Assembly (NCBI GenBank): GCA_010909165.1
Contig: VJWM01000025.1
Coordinates: forward strand, 1,798,001-1,862,000
DNA length: 64,000 nucleotides
Direction of reading: 5' to 3'
From: Anthoceros angustus
Taxonomy: Eukaryota; Plantae; Anthocerotophyta
Shown here: piece after piece, positions 35,766-48,580 of the stretch
How positions within the stretch are numbered: the first letter of the stretch is position 1
Layout of the letters: the number at the start of each line of letters is the position of its first letter
The notes under the pieces: model-generated
The model's database searches: none
Seen by the model: the letters and a program-made list of their open reading frames with translations, nothing else
What the model was told of the DNA's origin: nothing
Program-made: the position numbers and the translations under genes

Positions 35766-36152
35766 ATGGAAATGGATTGTCGTAAGAAGAAGAACGGGGA
35801 ACCTCGGAAGGAGGCCCCACCTGGAGCTAACGTTGCAGCGAAGAAACAATCTTCCTCAACTCCAGCAGTGCTCACTGTGTGCTTGGCTTCTTCCAAGCCC
35901 TCCAATACCTCATGGTACTTAGACAGTGGAGCTACTTCACATATTTGTTACAACAGAAACTCTTTTGATTCTTACTCACCAGCCACAGGACATCAGTCTG
36001 TCCTCCTGGGAGATGATCACAATCGACCCATAGCGGATGTCGGTTCAGTTGTATTCAAGTGTGATTCAGGGCAGGTTCTACATCTTCATCAAGTCCTCCA
36101 TGTTCCTTCAATGTGCAAGAGTCTAGTATCAGCTGCGAGTCTTTGCCAATAA
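35766..36152 (+). mobile_element. Ty1/copia protease-region fragment
   Basis: WYLDSGATSHIC...VLLGD...VGSV...LHQVLHVPSMCKSLVS. Confidence 0.9.
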
Positions 36153-36184
36153 CACTTGTACTGACAATCTATAGAGACCATCAT

Positions 36185-36765
36185 CTAATCAGTGCCTGTG
36201 CAGATCGTATAGTTTCTATCACTTATGTAAGACAGGAGACAACTATCTGCATAAAGGATCTTGGCACCTCGGATCGCCTCTACCGGAGTTCCAGGATTTG
36301 TCTGGTTGACATCTACTCGTAGCTCAAACCGGAGTCCGTCAATGAACTTCTCCACCTTCTGCTCTTCATCCAATCTCGGCATATCCAGGGTAAGTTGGAG
36401 AAACTTGTCACACTATTCTTGCACAATGCCCCACTGATATATCTTTCGGAACTGATGATATAATTCCTTCCTGTTAACCAAGGAACTGTTCCAGGAAGAT
36501 CTGGCGGAACAGCGGCCATGAATACACCGGGGACTCCATTCCGAGGTCCACTGCTTTCTCATTGCCAGCCATGACTCTGTATCATCAAGGACATCACACA
36601 AAACTGAATCTTCTGGAGGTCATCCTTTTCATTGGCTGTGAGGTACTTGTCCATCTTGTCCAGCCAGTCGTACACACTTTGGGCTTCCTTAGCTTGGCCA
36701 TCGAAAGTGGTTGTCTTGATCTTCCGTTGGAGTTCTCGGTCCAGTTGCGGTTTGGGTTTGAACAA
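36185..36765 (-). mobile_element. Ty3/gypsy gag fragment, related to the element at 41439-47049
   Basis: LDRELQRKIKTTTFDG...DWLDKMDKYL...KVEKFIDGLRFELR; frameshifted. Confidence 0.85.
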
Positions 36766-37677
36766 GCATTCGTTGTCTTCAGGTGCTTCTAACCAAGATG
36801 CTCTGGCGGCTGAAGGGGGAGATCAGGCGGCCACAGCGCAGGTTTCTAACCCTAATGGGTTGCAGCCTGATGACTTCACGACTGTGCCTGTTAGTCAGAA
36901 GAGGACATTTGCGTGGTCTTCATTTGTCCAGCACGTGAAGAATGTGCCCAACCTGCAGGTCGATGATGATCATGTGAGCTCAATCCCCACTCTGGCCAAT
37001 CGGACACCCCTGCCTCAAGTGCTTGCAGGCCTGGAGCCTGCAACTGCACGTTTGGAGCGTTGTGAACAGGAATATGAGCAAATTGAGGCAAATGTTGAGG
37101 AGAAGCAGCAGCCGGATGCGCCAAGTGCTAACCCCTTTGTTTTTGTGGCACCTAATGCAGCGCGGGCTGCAGATGGTGCCATTCAAGATGGTGTTCATGA
37201 CTGTGAACATCTTCCTACTGCTGCAGTGAATGAGGACTGTGAAAGTGTATACCAGAAGAGTGTCGTGTCATCGACAAGAAGGGCCCAAGGGGTCTTAAGC
37301 GGAAAAGGAAGACCGATGTGGAACACGCGGTGCTCCCCGAACATCTCCATCCAGGAGGTGAGTTTTGCTGTAGTGAGCTTTCTGCTTTCAAGTTAACTTA
37401 CATCGATTGTGTCGGTCAGGCCCGAAATTATCAGTCCTTTTAAGCCTGGATTTTCAGATACCATTGTTTTCATGCCATTCAAGCCTGTATTTTCCAGCCC
37501 TCTAAGCTATGTATTTCCAGGCCATTCAGGCCTTGATAGTTTATGTTTGTGTTTCAGTCAATTCAGGACTATCCATTCCTTACACGGTGTTGGTGCTGAT
37601 GTGCAGGATTCATCTACCGGGACTCCCCCAGCTTTTTGCCTATGAAGGATAGGGTGCATTACACCATCCGGTGGCTT

Positions 37678-39925
37678 TGCTAACCTTCACGTCCGTAGAT
37701 AGGAAAACCCGTTACTAACCAATCGTTGTAAATAACGGATACCGGCCTAACAAAATTTGGATGTTCTTGGTCGTAACAGGTGTATAAAACCCACACGTAA
37801 ATGAAAGCATCAAGTGATTCGGAGCACATCACGGAGCCTCGTTCCGTCGCGGTCCTCGGCAGTTTGGGCGTAGCATCTTGTATCGAGCCGCGATCTTCAA
37901 GCAATGACTCGGCTGGAAGGGGGCCGCGATCGGACTATGGCGGACACCGTCGCTCAGCGTGGCGGCGAGGAGCCAATCGCTTCTGTTGCGTGGCGGCCTC
38001 GGTTCTTCCATCGAAGGCGGCCGGGGCCAACGGTGGTCGGACGCTCCTCTCCCGGCGCCGGCGAGACAATCCCAGTGCGTGAGGCGCTCCGCGGCCGCCG
38101 TCGAGCCGGATCCACGAGATCCCACCATCCGGAGGTGGAGCAAGGCACGAACCGGCCCTCGGCGTCGGGGCCGACCTCGGAAGCTCCGAGCCCGCCCGAG
38201 CTCCTCGCACTGCGCAACCCAGGCGCCGAGGCCTCGGCATCCACAGGACGCACGAGGCCGACTCCCGGCCCCTGGGCGAGAAGACCACGAGGTGGAGGCC
38301 GTGCAGGCGTGGCCGACACGCTCGCCCGGCCGAGGCCGGTCGAGCCATGGAGTCGGCCCTCACCCGTCGAATCTCGATGGTCGAAGGTCGGCCGGTGGGC
38401 CGATTGGATTATTGCGACATGGGTCAGTCTGCGCGCGCGAGGCGGCGGCGGTGGATCCTCCCATGCCATCGGCCGCGCCACGAGCCCGATCGGGCGGCGC
38501 CGGTACTCGGATCTGTCAAGAACCCAGGCCGGTCGATAATGAAAGAAGCGGCATCGGTGGGTCATGTGGCGGCGGCAAAGCGAGGAGGAGCAAACCTTGC
38601 GGCGGTGACGGTAAACCTCCTCCACAGGTGAAAACAACAACAAGGACATCCGGCGGTAAGGAGGCTGCAGCTCTGATGCAGGCGGGAGGCCCGGAAGGGT
38701 CGGGCCTACCGAGCGACTCGAGTCCCAAGAGGACTGTCCCTCGACCCAGCGCTCGGCTCGATAAAAATTACAGTAAGATCGAACCACGACCTTCAATGGA
38801 AGCGAAAAAGATGCACAAGCGGTTCATATTGGACAAAATTTGGACAAGTACCTCGGCGCCTCGGAGAAGGGCGACCAGCGGAAGATACATTCCGTGATGT
38901 ATTTGGAAGATGCGTCAGTTGGTGGAAGCGGCGGGAAAAGCAAGTAGAATTGAAGCCCCATCTCTGGCCCTCCTTAGCCAAATCTTCCTCGAACACTTCA
39001 CCATCAACCACGCCGAGCTGTATCACGATTGGAAGATTCACCGGCAAAGATGCATGCGAAATCTGCGATAAATTTGCGGCTAACCTTGGACATGCCCACT
39101 TTGGGCGAGGCAATCGGCGCTTCATCGATGGTGAAATTCGACCTTGAGCGTCAACGGCGACCCACAGCACCTTTGGTGAAGCAATGAAAGCGGCGATTAA
39201 TTACGGCAATAACAAGTACAAGCATGCAACACCCAACTGCGAAGCCCAAATGGGGACAAGCGGCAAGCGATGGAAAAGAAACCGACCTTCAAGCTCTTGA
39301 GCGAGGAGGGCGGAAGAAATGTCGGGACAAACACATGTGCTTCACATGTGCCTCCACGACCACGGGTCGAGTCATGCCCACCGTCGGGACTTCATCAAGC
39401 TGGCTCAAAGGCGGGCGGACCACCGCCCCTCGGTGGGATCGGGAGGTGGCCAAGAGCAACAGGTCAAGATCGAGGAGATCGAGGAACCCCGAAATCAGCC
39501 AGTAGCGGTGGTCGGCCAAACCTCACTGACTCCCCAACTTTGTCCACATATCAAGATGCCGGTAAGCATCGAGGAGAGGCGGGCATGCTGGACTCGGGAG
39601 CCAGCCACCATTTCATCTCGCATCGGCGGCCAACGTAGCATCCTCATCGGGGACACAGGACGAGTGTCGGCCAGTGGTCACCCATGGCAAGGAGAGACCG
39701 AGGCGGGGCGCCACCGCCACCGTGGTTTTTCACGGAGGGTACCAAGAGGCTGGAGTTCACGGTCGTGCCTTTGCCACGATCTCATATCGCGGCGGTAACT
39801 TGCCCACCACTCCAAGCACACACCAAATTGATTTGGGCACACAACGGTTAGGGCAAGTCGGTGGCACCAATATGTCATGCGAGACGGATACATCCCGACA
39901 AATTGTTGTTTGCGATGTCGGCCCT
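37678..39925 (+). mobile_element. Partial copy of the Ty3/gypsy element (3' half of the LTR, PBS, gag, protease)
   Basis: Collinear with 41638-43834; MLDSGASHHFIS protease motif; flanked by a duplication of 37497-37680 at 39920-40094. Confidence 0.9.
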
Positions 39926-41009
39926 CTAAGCTATGTATTTCCGGCCATTCAGCCTTGATAGTTTATGTTTGTGTTTGATCAATTCGGGACTATCCATTCC
40001 TTACACGGTGTTGGTCGATGTGCGGATTCATCTACGGACTCCCCGACTTTTGCCTATGAAGGATAGGGTGCATTACACCATCCGGTGGCTTTGCAATCCG
40101 CTCATTAGTGTTTTTGGAATCAAACCAAGCCACCGTGGTTCATGTTCAACAATGCATCGAGCAAACTATTTCGTGTCCTTGGTCATTTGAAGCCATTGTG
40201 ATGCGCTTTTGGCACTAATCTGAAGCATTGGCGGAACAATGTGAGGAAGGAGGCACGAAAGTTTCTGGAGGGCAAGAAGAAAAACCCTGCCTATGTTCCG
40301 AAGAGTGTAAAACCGGAGTATTGGGAGGTGTTTTTAAGAGAGGAGAAGGAGAAGATGGATGGTGTTGTAGCCCCTAGCCAGCAGAAAGTAGCTGCCATGA
40401 AGAGGGTGAAGGATATGGGAAGCAATACCTACGCATGCTTTGGCCATGGGGGGCAGCGTGGTTTTCTGGATAGGGTCAGAGGAATGTTTGGGAGGGAGCC
40501 AACCGTGGATGAGATGTGAGCAGTTCAGGGGAAATTACTGGTGAAGCTACGAGGATTTTGGATGAATTTCAAAATCACAAGTCCTTCTTTGGGTCCACAG
40601 GTTAACTCAATCGGGGGATTGACACTGCTATTAACGTGTGGAACCTGTTGGTTGAGGCAGGTTACCCAACCGATCAATGCGATGGCAAGGTCATGGATGC
40701 CATTTTGAAAAAAAATGTCAGAGACGATGGGTGGATGGTTGGGCACTACCTTCCCATAAAGTGGCCAAGGATGCTGAAGTCGATGATTAAGGTTAGAGTC
40801 GATCTTTGGTGCTTTCATCATTTCAATGTTACTCTTGATTTGTCTGAAAATTCTTGTTCCAGGACCTCATTTTTTGGGTGTGCAAATTTTCTGTAGGATG
40901 CCTGGTTTCCTAACGGCAACGCCATGGATTTGGCCGGCTGGCTGGAGAGGACAACTCTTGTTTTTTGAATACAAAAAAGGGGCGGACTTGCAGGTGTATG
41001 TCGCTCAGA

Positions 41010-41360
41010 CGAATTTTACTACGAGCTTTTTACCATAGAATTCTACTACGAGCTTTTTACCATAGAATTTTACTACGAGCTTTTAACCATAGAATTTTAC
41101 TACGTATTATTACTATAGAATTTTACGACGTATTATTACTTTAGAATTTTACTACATATTATTACTATAGACTTTTACTACATATTATTACTATAGACTT
41201 TTACTACGTATTATTACTATAGAATTTTACTACATATGTTAACCACACTGTTTACTACTTGATTTTACAACGAATATTTACTATAAAATATTACTAAGGG
41301 TCTTTTTCTACAACGGAGAGATTTACAACGGAACATAGCGGGAATTTACAACGGAGCTGT
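41010..41360. repeat. 27 bp tandem array (TAGAATTTTACTACG...) of DNA-transposon subterminal type
   Basis: About 9 diverging units; inverted versions of the core (CGTAGTAAA, CCGTGGTAAA) at ~47110-47160 beyond the LTR insertion. Confidence 0.85.
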
Positions 41361-41438
41361 CGGATTACTTAACCATGGTTAATTAATTATGGTCAACATA
41401 TGATTAACCAAACCCACTCAGTTAACTGCAGTTAATAT

Positions 41439-44400
41439 TGTCACGACAGTGACCCCGATCGGCACCAGCAAGCCTAAGACCCCACACCGACGTAAGGAGG
41501 CCGCCACCACACAGTGACGCACCGCGTGAGAGGGCGACACTGCTGTGGTACCCACACCGCCGTCCCCGGCTGCCTAGAGCGGACATAGCGCTAGCGTAAC
41601 AAGGTGTCGAATCGCCACCCCGTTCCCACCCGTTAGTGCTAACCTTCACGTCCGTAGATAGGAAAACCCTGCTACTAACCAATCGCTGTAAATAACCAGA
41701 CTGCCCTAACAAGCTGGATGTTCTTGGTCCGTAAGGACCGAGGTGTATAAAACCCACCAGAATGAAAGCGATTCGAGCACATCACGGAGCCTCGCTCTGG
41801 GTCCGCGTAGCGTATCTGGTATCGAGCCCCGCGATCTTCATGACTGGCTCGGAGGACCGGGACCGATCGATCACTATGGCGGACACCGATCGCTCAGCGA
41901 CGAGGAGGAGCCAATCGCCACGCGAGGCGGCCTGATTCTTCCTCGAAGTCAAGACGACGCCACCACCACCTGACGCCTTCCCACAGACGGCCGAGACAAT
42001 CCCAGTGCGTGAGACGCGCTGCCGCCTGCCCGGCCACGGATCCATGTGATCCCACCATCCCGAGGTGGAGCCCGAGTACCACACGTAACTGCCTCGGCCG
42101 GGGCCGACTCGAAAGCTCCCGAGCCCCGAGCTCCTCCCGCAAAGACTGCCGACACAACGCCAAGGACGCCGAGGCCTCGATCCCCGACGCGCATGTAGGC
42201 CGCCACGACTCCCCCGGATGAGAAGACACAGAATTGGAGGCCGTGCGGGCGTGGCCGACACGCCGCCAGAAAGCCGAGGCGAGCCATGGAGTCGGCCTCA
42301 CCCGCCGAATCTGGCGGTCCGGTCGGGCCGGAGCGCCACCGATGGCTTGTTGCGGTGCCATCGGGCGCCTGTCCCGCAGAGGAAGCGGCGACGGTGGATC
42401 CCGCCCCATCATCGCCACGAGCCCCGAGCCGGAGCCAAGAGGTACTCCGGATCTGTCAAGAACCTGACGGCCAATGAAAGAACGGCATCGGGTCATGTGG
42501 CAAAGACAAACGAGGAGGAGCAACCTTACCGGCCGACGGTAAACCTCTCCCCGTGAAAACAACAACAAGGACATCCGAAGGCCGGTAGGCAGCCTCAGAC
42601 GAGAACTGGGAGGCCTGGGGGTCGGGCCTACCAGAGCAACTCGAGTCCCAAGAGGACCCGTCCCTCGACCCGCCAGCTCGATAAAGAATTACAGCGTAAG
42701 ATCAGAACCACGACCTTCAATGGAAACGAAAAAGATGCACAAGCGGTTCATGACTGGCTGGACAAGCTGGACAAGTACCTCAGCGCCTCGGAGAAGGACG
42801 ACCAGCAGAAGATACATTCGCGTGATGTCGAAGGGTACGCTGCATCTGGTGGAGGCGGAAAAGCAAGTAGAATTGGGCATGGAAGCCCCCATCTACTCCT
42901 GGCCCTCCTTCCGCCAAATCTTCCTCGAGCACTTCCTGCTAGTCAACCACCGCCGGAATCAGATTACCGCTCGAAGATTCACCAAGGCATCGTGCAAGAA
43001 TCTGCGATAAATTTCGCACTAACCTTGGACATGCCACCGGACGAGGCAAAATCGAGCGCTTCATCGATGGATCAAATTGACCTTCGAGCGCCAACCAGAT
43101 CGCACACCGGTCAAGCAATGAAAGCAGCGATTAATTACGGCAATAACAAGCATGCCAACACCCAACTGCGAAGCCCAAATGGGGACAAGCGGCAAACGCG
43201 ATGGAAAAGAAACCGACCTTCAAGCTCTTGACCGAGGAGGAGCGGAAGAAGTCAGACAAACACATGTGCTTCACATGTGCCTCCACCGACCACGGTCGGG
43301 TCATGCCCACACCGCCGGGACTTCATCAATGGCTCAAAGAGACGGGCGGACCACCCGCCTCGGGATGGAGGTAAGCCAAGAGCAACCAGAGGTCAAGATC
43401 GAGGAGATCGAGGAACCCCAAATCACCGCTGCCACCACTCGCCCGACTCCCAACCCGTCCCACATACCGATCAAGATGCGAAGCATCGAGGAGAGCGGCA
43501 CTGCTGGACTCAGATACCACCACTTCATCTCGCAATGGCCAACCGAGAATCCTCATCGTGACACCGGAAGTGTCGACGGTGGTCACCGCTACCGGCAAGG
43601 AGACCGACAAGGAGCGGAGCGCCACCGCCACCGTGTTTTTCCGGAGGGTACCAAGAGGAACTGGAGTTCACGGGCCGTGCGCCTTTGCCACGATCTCATG
43701 CCGCAAAACCGTGGCTTGCCCACCACCAAGCACTCGCAAATTGACCGGGCACACAACACGGTTGTGCAAGTCGGTGGCACCCAATATGTCATGTGGGGAT
43801 ACATCCCGACAAATTGTTGTTATGATCGGCCCTCAATAAAGCTGCCCCGGCAGTGTACATCGCCAAGAGAGTCTTACCGGAGGGTACGGCAGAGTCCCGG
43901 CCGCCTGTGCCGCCGAGAGGCACTTCCGCAGCCATGAAGGATCCGCTCACGACCCGCCGACCGGCTCGAGCCGCCCATCTCCCCACTTCCCCGCGGACCA
44001 CGCCATCGAGCCGCCCGCACAAACCGGTTAGTATACCTTATCGCACGGTGCTGCGTAGCGAAGAAATCAAGAGGCGGTGGATGAACTCATGCCAGGCTTC
44101 GCTCGCCCTGTCGCCTTCTGCACCGTGATCGGCCAAACCCGACGGCACCGGAGGTTGTGCGTCAATTACCGCGCCCCGAATAAGGCAACCATCGTGAACG
44201 TACGATGCCCGTAATCGATGAGACGGACCAACTCCAGACGCATTTCACCAAGATCGACTCGAGGTCGTGGTTTTACCGATCGAATCCGGAAGGCGATGAA
44301 CACAAGACCGCCTTCCGCACAAGGCCCGCCACTGAGTGGGTTATGGCGCCTGGGCTCACTAACGCCCGCCACCTTCCAAAGGTCTCATGCAAGAGATCCT

Positions 44401-47049
44401 GAGGCCGTTGCTCGGCCACGGGGTGGAGGTCTTTCTGGACGACATCCTAATCTACACAAGCAGTCCAGAGGAACACTATCAGTTATTCCGACGAGTCATG
44501 GAACTCCTTCGGAAGCATAATCTCCTGGCAAAGAGAAGCAAGTGCGTCTTTATGCAGGAAAAATGCGAATACCTGGGGCACATCATCTGTGCCGACGGTA
44601 TCTCAGTCGACACCCGCAAAACCAAGGCGATTATGGAGTGGCCCCTTCCAACAGACGTGACCCAGCTGCGAGGCTTCCTCGGCATGGCAGGTTTCTACCG
44701 CAGGTTCGTCCAGAATTTCAGTCGAATTGCCATGCCACTGACAGAGGCCCTCAAAGCATCCGCCGGTAAGGCCATCACGTTGGGGAAAGACGCCGAAGAG
44801 GCCTTCTCTCCCGAAACGGCCTCAAGACCGCTCCCGTCCTGTGGCGGACCCGCGCACTACACAAGGCAATACACGACGCCCGATCAGCCGTGGTTGTCCC
44901 AAAACGGCAGGTCATCGCCACGAGTCCCGTAGCTGTGTGCACAACGAATTACGCTTGCACAAGGAAATGTTAGCCATCATACACGCCACCAAGGTATGGC
45001 GCCACTACCTACTCGGCCAACATTTCACTTTCGACCACCATTCGCTCTGACACTTTTCAACCACCCTACTCAACGCACGACACGCTACCGGTCCGAACAC
45101 TTAGCCGATTATGATATGGACATCAAATCGTGGCGGGACCCTCCAACGCCGTGGCAGCGCGGAGGAGGGGCCGCACCTTGATGGTGACATACCGGAAACC
45201 CCGCGCCAAGTTCGGCAGCCGCCAAAGGACCCAAAATGGTGGTCGGTTTATCAGCGGTGTTAGCGACACGCAAGCGGCATACCCACTAGCCTCCTGCGGT
45301 CTACTCTATCAAGGACGCAAACTCAGATCGGAAGGGCGTTTGGTCATACCAACCACCGACCCAACTCCGACGGGCCATCCTACACGACGCACGAGATCTC
45401 GTGGACACCTCGATCGACAAAACTTATGCGAGGGTCAAGCATTACCATTGGGAGGACATGCGCAGATGTCATAGCATGGGTCCGCTCCGCACCTCCGCCA
45501 ACAGTCAAACCCGAGCATCGAAACTCCCGCCGCAACCCTTACAGATCCCGCTATCGATTTCACCATCTCCATGGACTTCATCACTCACCTACCTCGGACA
45601 CGCCCGGCAAGGAGATCCGGGTGATTGTCGACCGATTGTCCAAGGTTTGCCACCTAGTCCCCACCACCTACGCCGGCCAAAGAACCGGCCCGGATGTTTA
45701 TCCGGAAGTGTTTCTACCGCATGGCGCCCGGAAAGTATCGTGTCTCGACAGAGACACGAAGTTCACATCTCGCCTGAAGACGCTCACGGATCCTAAGAAC
45801 TCATGTCCACACCGCCACCCCGAGACGACGGAGAAGCACAACCAAGTCTCTGAAGACATGCTGCGCCACTTCTGCCAGGAAAAACAAGGACGGTGGGAGG
45901 AGCTTTTACCTCTTATGGAGTATGCGTATAACTCCTCCAAGCATGCCGCAACTGGAGTCGCCCCCTTCAAGCTCTTGTATGGTGAATGCCCACCACCTCC
46001 TGGCCTCTGGCCCTCCTCCCAACGCCAATGGCAAAGCGCCGCAGAACTCACGGAGGATGTGTTTCACGAAGTTCATGAGGCATGCAAGAAGTCAGCGCAT
46101 GTGATGGCACGTCGACAAGGGACGCCCCATCTCTTACCGTTGAGATGATGGTGTGGTTTCGATGAAGCCCCATAGGTATCCCTCTCGGTGCGGGGCCCGC
46201 AAGCTCGCGGTTTGTGGGTCCTTTCCCATCACCACGCATCAACCCGGTCGCATATCGATTGGGCTTGCCGGCAGATGAAGATGTGCTTGACGTTCCATGT
46301 CTCTATGCTCAAACCACAGGTTCCCGCCCGCCACCTCCACCAGAGGACAAGACGCTACTCATTTCAAGATCTCCGATCACCCATGGGACCTGATGGAAGA
46401 CCGCCTCATCACCGGCCCTAACCCTCTTCATCCGTCCCTACCGCCCGCCACGGTCCCTCACGGTCTTCTACAACCGGACCCGACCGCATCCTAGCCAAGC
46501 GCCCGGCTGCCTCGCGCCCTGACGATCACATTTCGGTCGGTTCCAACGAGCCCGGCCGCCACATGGGAGATGAAGCTTGGTGCAACTGCTCTCCCGCACC
46601 AATGGTCGAGGACCAGACCACCTCGGGGGGAGAATGTCACGACGGTGACCCGATCGGCACCAAGAAGCCTAAGACCCCACACCGACGTAAGGAGGCCGAC
46701 AAAACCACAGACGCACCGCCTGCAGAGAGGGCCAGACACTGTGGTACCCACACCTCGCCTGCCCCGCCGCCGACGTGAGGCCGGACATAGCGCATGCGTG
46801 TAAAGGTGTCGAATCGCCACCCCGCATTCCCACCCGTTAGAGTGCTAACCCTTCACGTCCGTAGATAGGAAAACCCGTTACTAACCAATCGTTGTAAATA
46901 ACGACTGTCTGCGGCCTAACAAGCTGGATGTTCTTGGTCCGTAAGGACCGAGGTGTATAAAACCCACAGCGTAAATGAAAGCATCAAGCTAATTCGGAGC
47001 ACATCACGGAGCCTCGTCGTCGCGGTCCTCAGCAGTTTGGGCCGTAGCA
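41439..47049 (+). mobile_element. Full-length Ty3/gypsy LTR retrotransposon, heavily frameshifted; TSD AATAT
   Basis: TG..CA ends; LTRs 41439-~41812 and 46635-47049; PBS TGGTATCGAGC 41817-41827; PPT GGGGGGAGAA 46625-46634; TSD 41434-41438 and 47050-47054; order gag-PR-RT-RH-IN. Confidence 0.95.
44150..46330 (+). pseudogene. pol (RT-RNaseH-integrase) of the Ty3/gypsy element
   Basis: VFLDDILIY, SKCVF, YLGH, LRGFLGMAGFYRRFV; KEMLAII..WRHYLLG; ISMDFIT, IVDRLSK, RDTKFTS, EYAYNSSKH, VGPF. Confidence 0.92.
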
Positions 47050-47914
47050 AATATACTGTAGTTAGCTAATCTCGGTTAACTAACCATTATTTTTAACCAC
47101 GATTAGGCCAGTCGTAAAGTCCGTGGTTGTTCGACGTAGTAAATACCGTGGTAAAATATTTGGTAATTTAAAGAGTAACTCGTATACGGTAGTCTTCACG
47201 TACATACTCCGTATAAAATACGGTTGGGTTGGGTTGTTCTCAATTGAAAAGGTAGTTGTTAAATTAGGAAGCTCAATTCCAGTTTATTTTACTTAATGTC
47301 TTCTAAACTTTTGTTGACTGTTTTTGTTACTAAGAAGGTTTGATTGTCCTAATTAAGAAAATAGCTTTAATTTAAGAAGCTTCTATTTGTAGTTTCTCTA
47401 ACTTGACGGTGCTTGTCGTTCTCAATTAAGAAGGTCATTTTTAATTTATTAAGCTTATAATTCCAATTCTCTTTCACTTAAGTTTTTCTGACCTTTCTTT
47501 AAAAATGATGCTTGTTACCTTTTCATCCGCCTTGCTTTTGAGACTTATTGTGGTATGCAAGTTAATCCAGGTGTGTACCAAGGCCTATCACTTACGAAGG
47601 CAGGCCTGTGGCAAGGCATTAGAAAAGGTGTGAAGGCGAAAAAACGTAAGGTTATAAAATAAATCTAGAGCTTGCCTAAGCTTGCGTCCATTCAATCCTT
47701 GAAGACCAAAACATCATCGGTATTAATACACTGGTGCATTTCCATTTACATTTCTACGACAAAGGTGGACAAAGCTCGGGGTTTGAGGGTTCAAGGTGCC
47801 CCATCAAACCTTTGTCCACTTTGAGGGAAGTAAAGTGGAGCACATAAAATAAGGGTATTCTGTGGGTGCGCAATGACAAGGTAGACTTGTTGCATATGTA
47901 TAAGACAAACTTCT

Positions 47915-48580
47915 TCCGTTCTGGTAGATGATTCTCACATCCTTGGGCCTTGGGACAAGGTCAAGGAGGCCTTCCAGCTCTTCTCCCATGAGCTTTCTTT
48001 GGTTGGCTTGAAGGTCAAGCTCTCCAAGTGCCGTGTTTGGTCCCCTGCTGGCTATCCTTTCCACTTTGCGGTTCCACCTCGAGATTGCTTCGGCCTTGGG
48101 TCTACGGATTTTGGGGTCCCTTGGCTCCCCGACTCTACTAGGAGTTTCCTAGACTAGGCTCGCGGAGGACCCGTCCCATGTCGAGGACCTCCCCTGGGGG
48201 ATGCTCGTGGCCTTGAATTCTTTCCTCCTACTTCGCTAGGCGCCTAGTTACCTCATTAGCACGCCTCCTGCCTCCGATTCTCTTGTCTCGACCGCACGGG
48301 TTTGACAAGAAGATAATGGATACCTTGGGGACATCATGGGCCCAGGCGTTGAGTGCCCTGCGCTCGATTTGGCTAGTCGGCAAGCCGTGCTAGTGCAATT
48401 TGGGGCGCCTACTCTCACTCGAGGTTTCTTCCCGGTTTCGCAGAGCTGGGCCCTATCGCCTCCGCCCGGCTTCGCTCATCTTTCAAGACAGCCCTTTGTG
48501 GAGGATCTTATGTCTAGTGTGGAGGAGGGAACCTTCCTTCTCCAAATTTCCTTGAGGCAGCCAAGGAAATGCTTTCATGG
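47915..48580 (+). mobile_element. CRE-like non-LTR retrotransposon RT fragment, uninterrupted copy in unit A
   Basis: VDDSHILGP...AF...VGLKVKLSKCRVWSP followed by degenerate post-RT motifs. Confidence 0.75.

Larger units (their letters stand above)
36790..41433 (+). mobile_element. CACTA/En-Spm remnant: TnpA-like (Ptta/Transposase_24) exons plus 3' subterminal repeats; interrupted by a Ty3 piece
   Basis: KHWRNNVRKE...PKSVKPEYWEVF...SQQK...R...FGHGG...GREPT at ~40220-40519; arrays of TTTTACTACG; no intact terminal TAGTG found. Confidence 0.6.
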
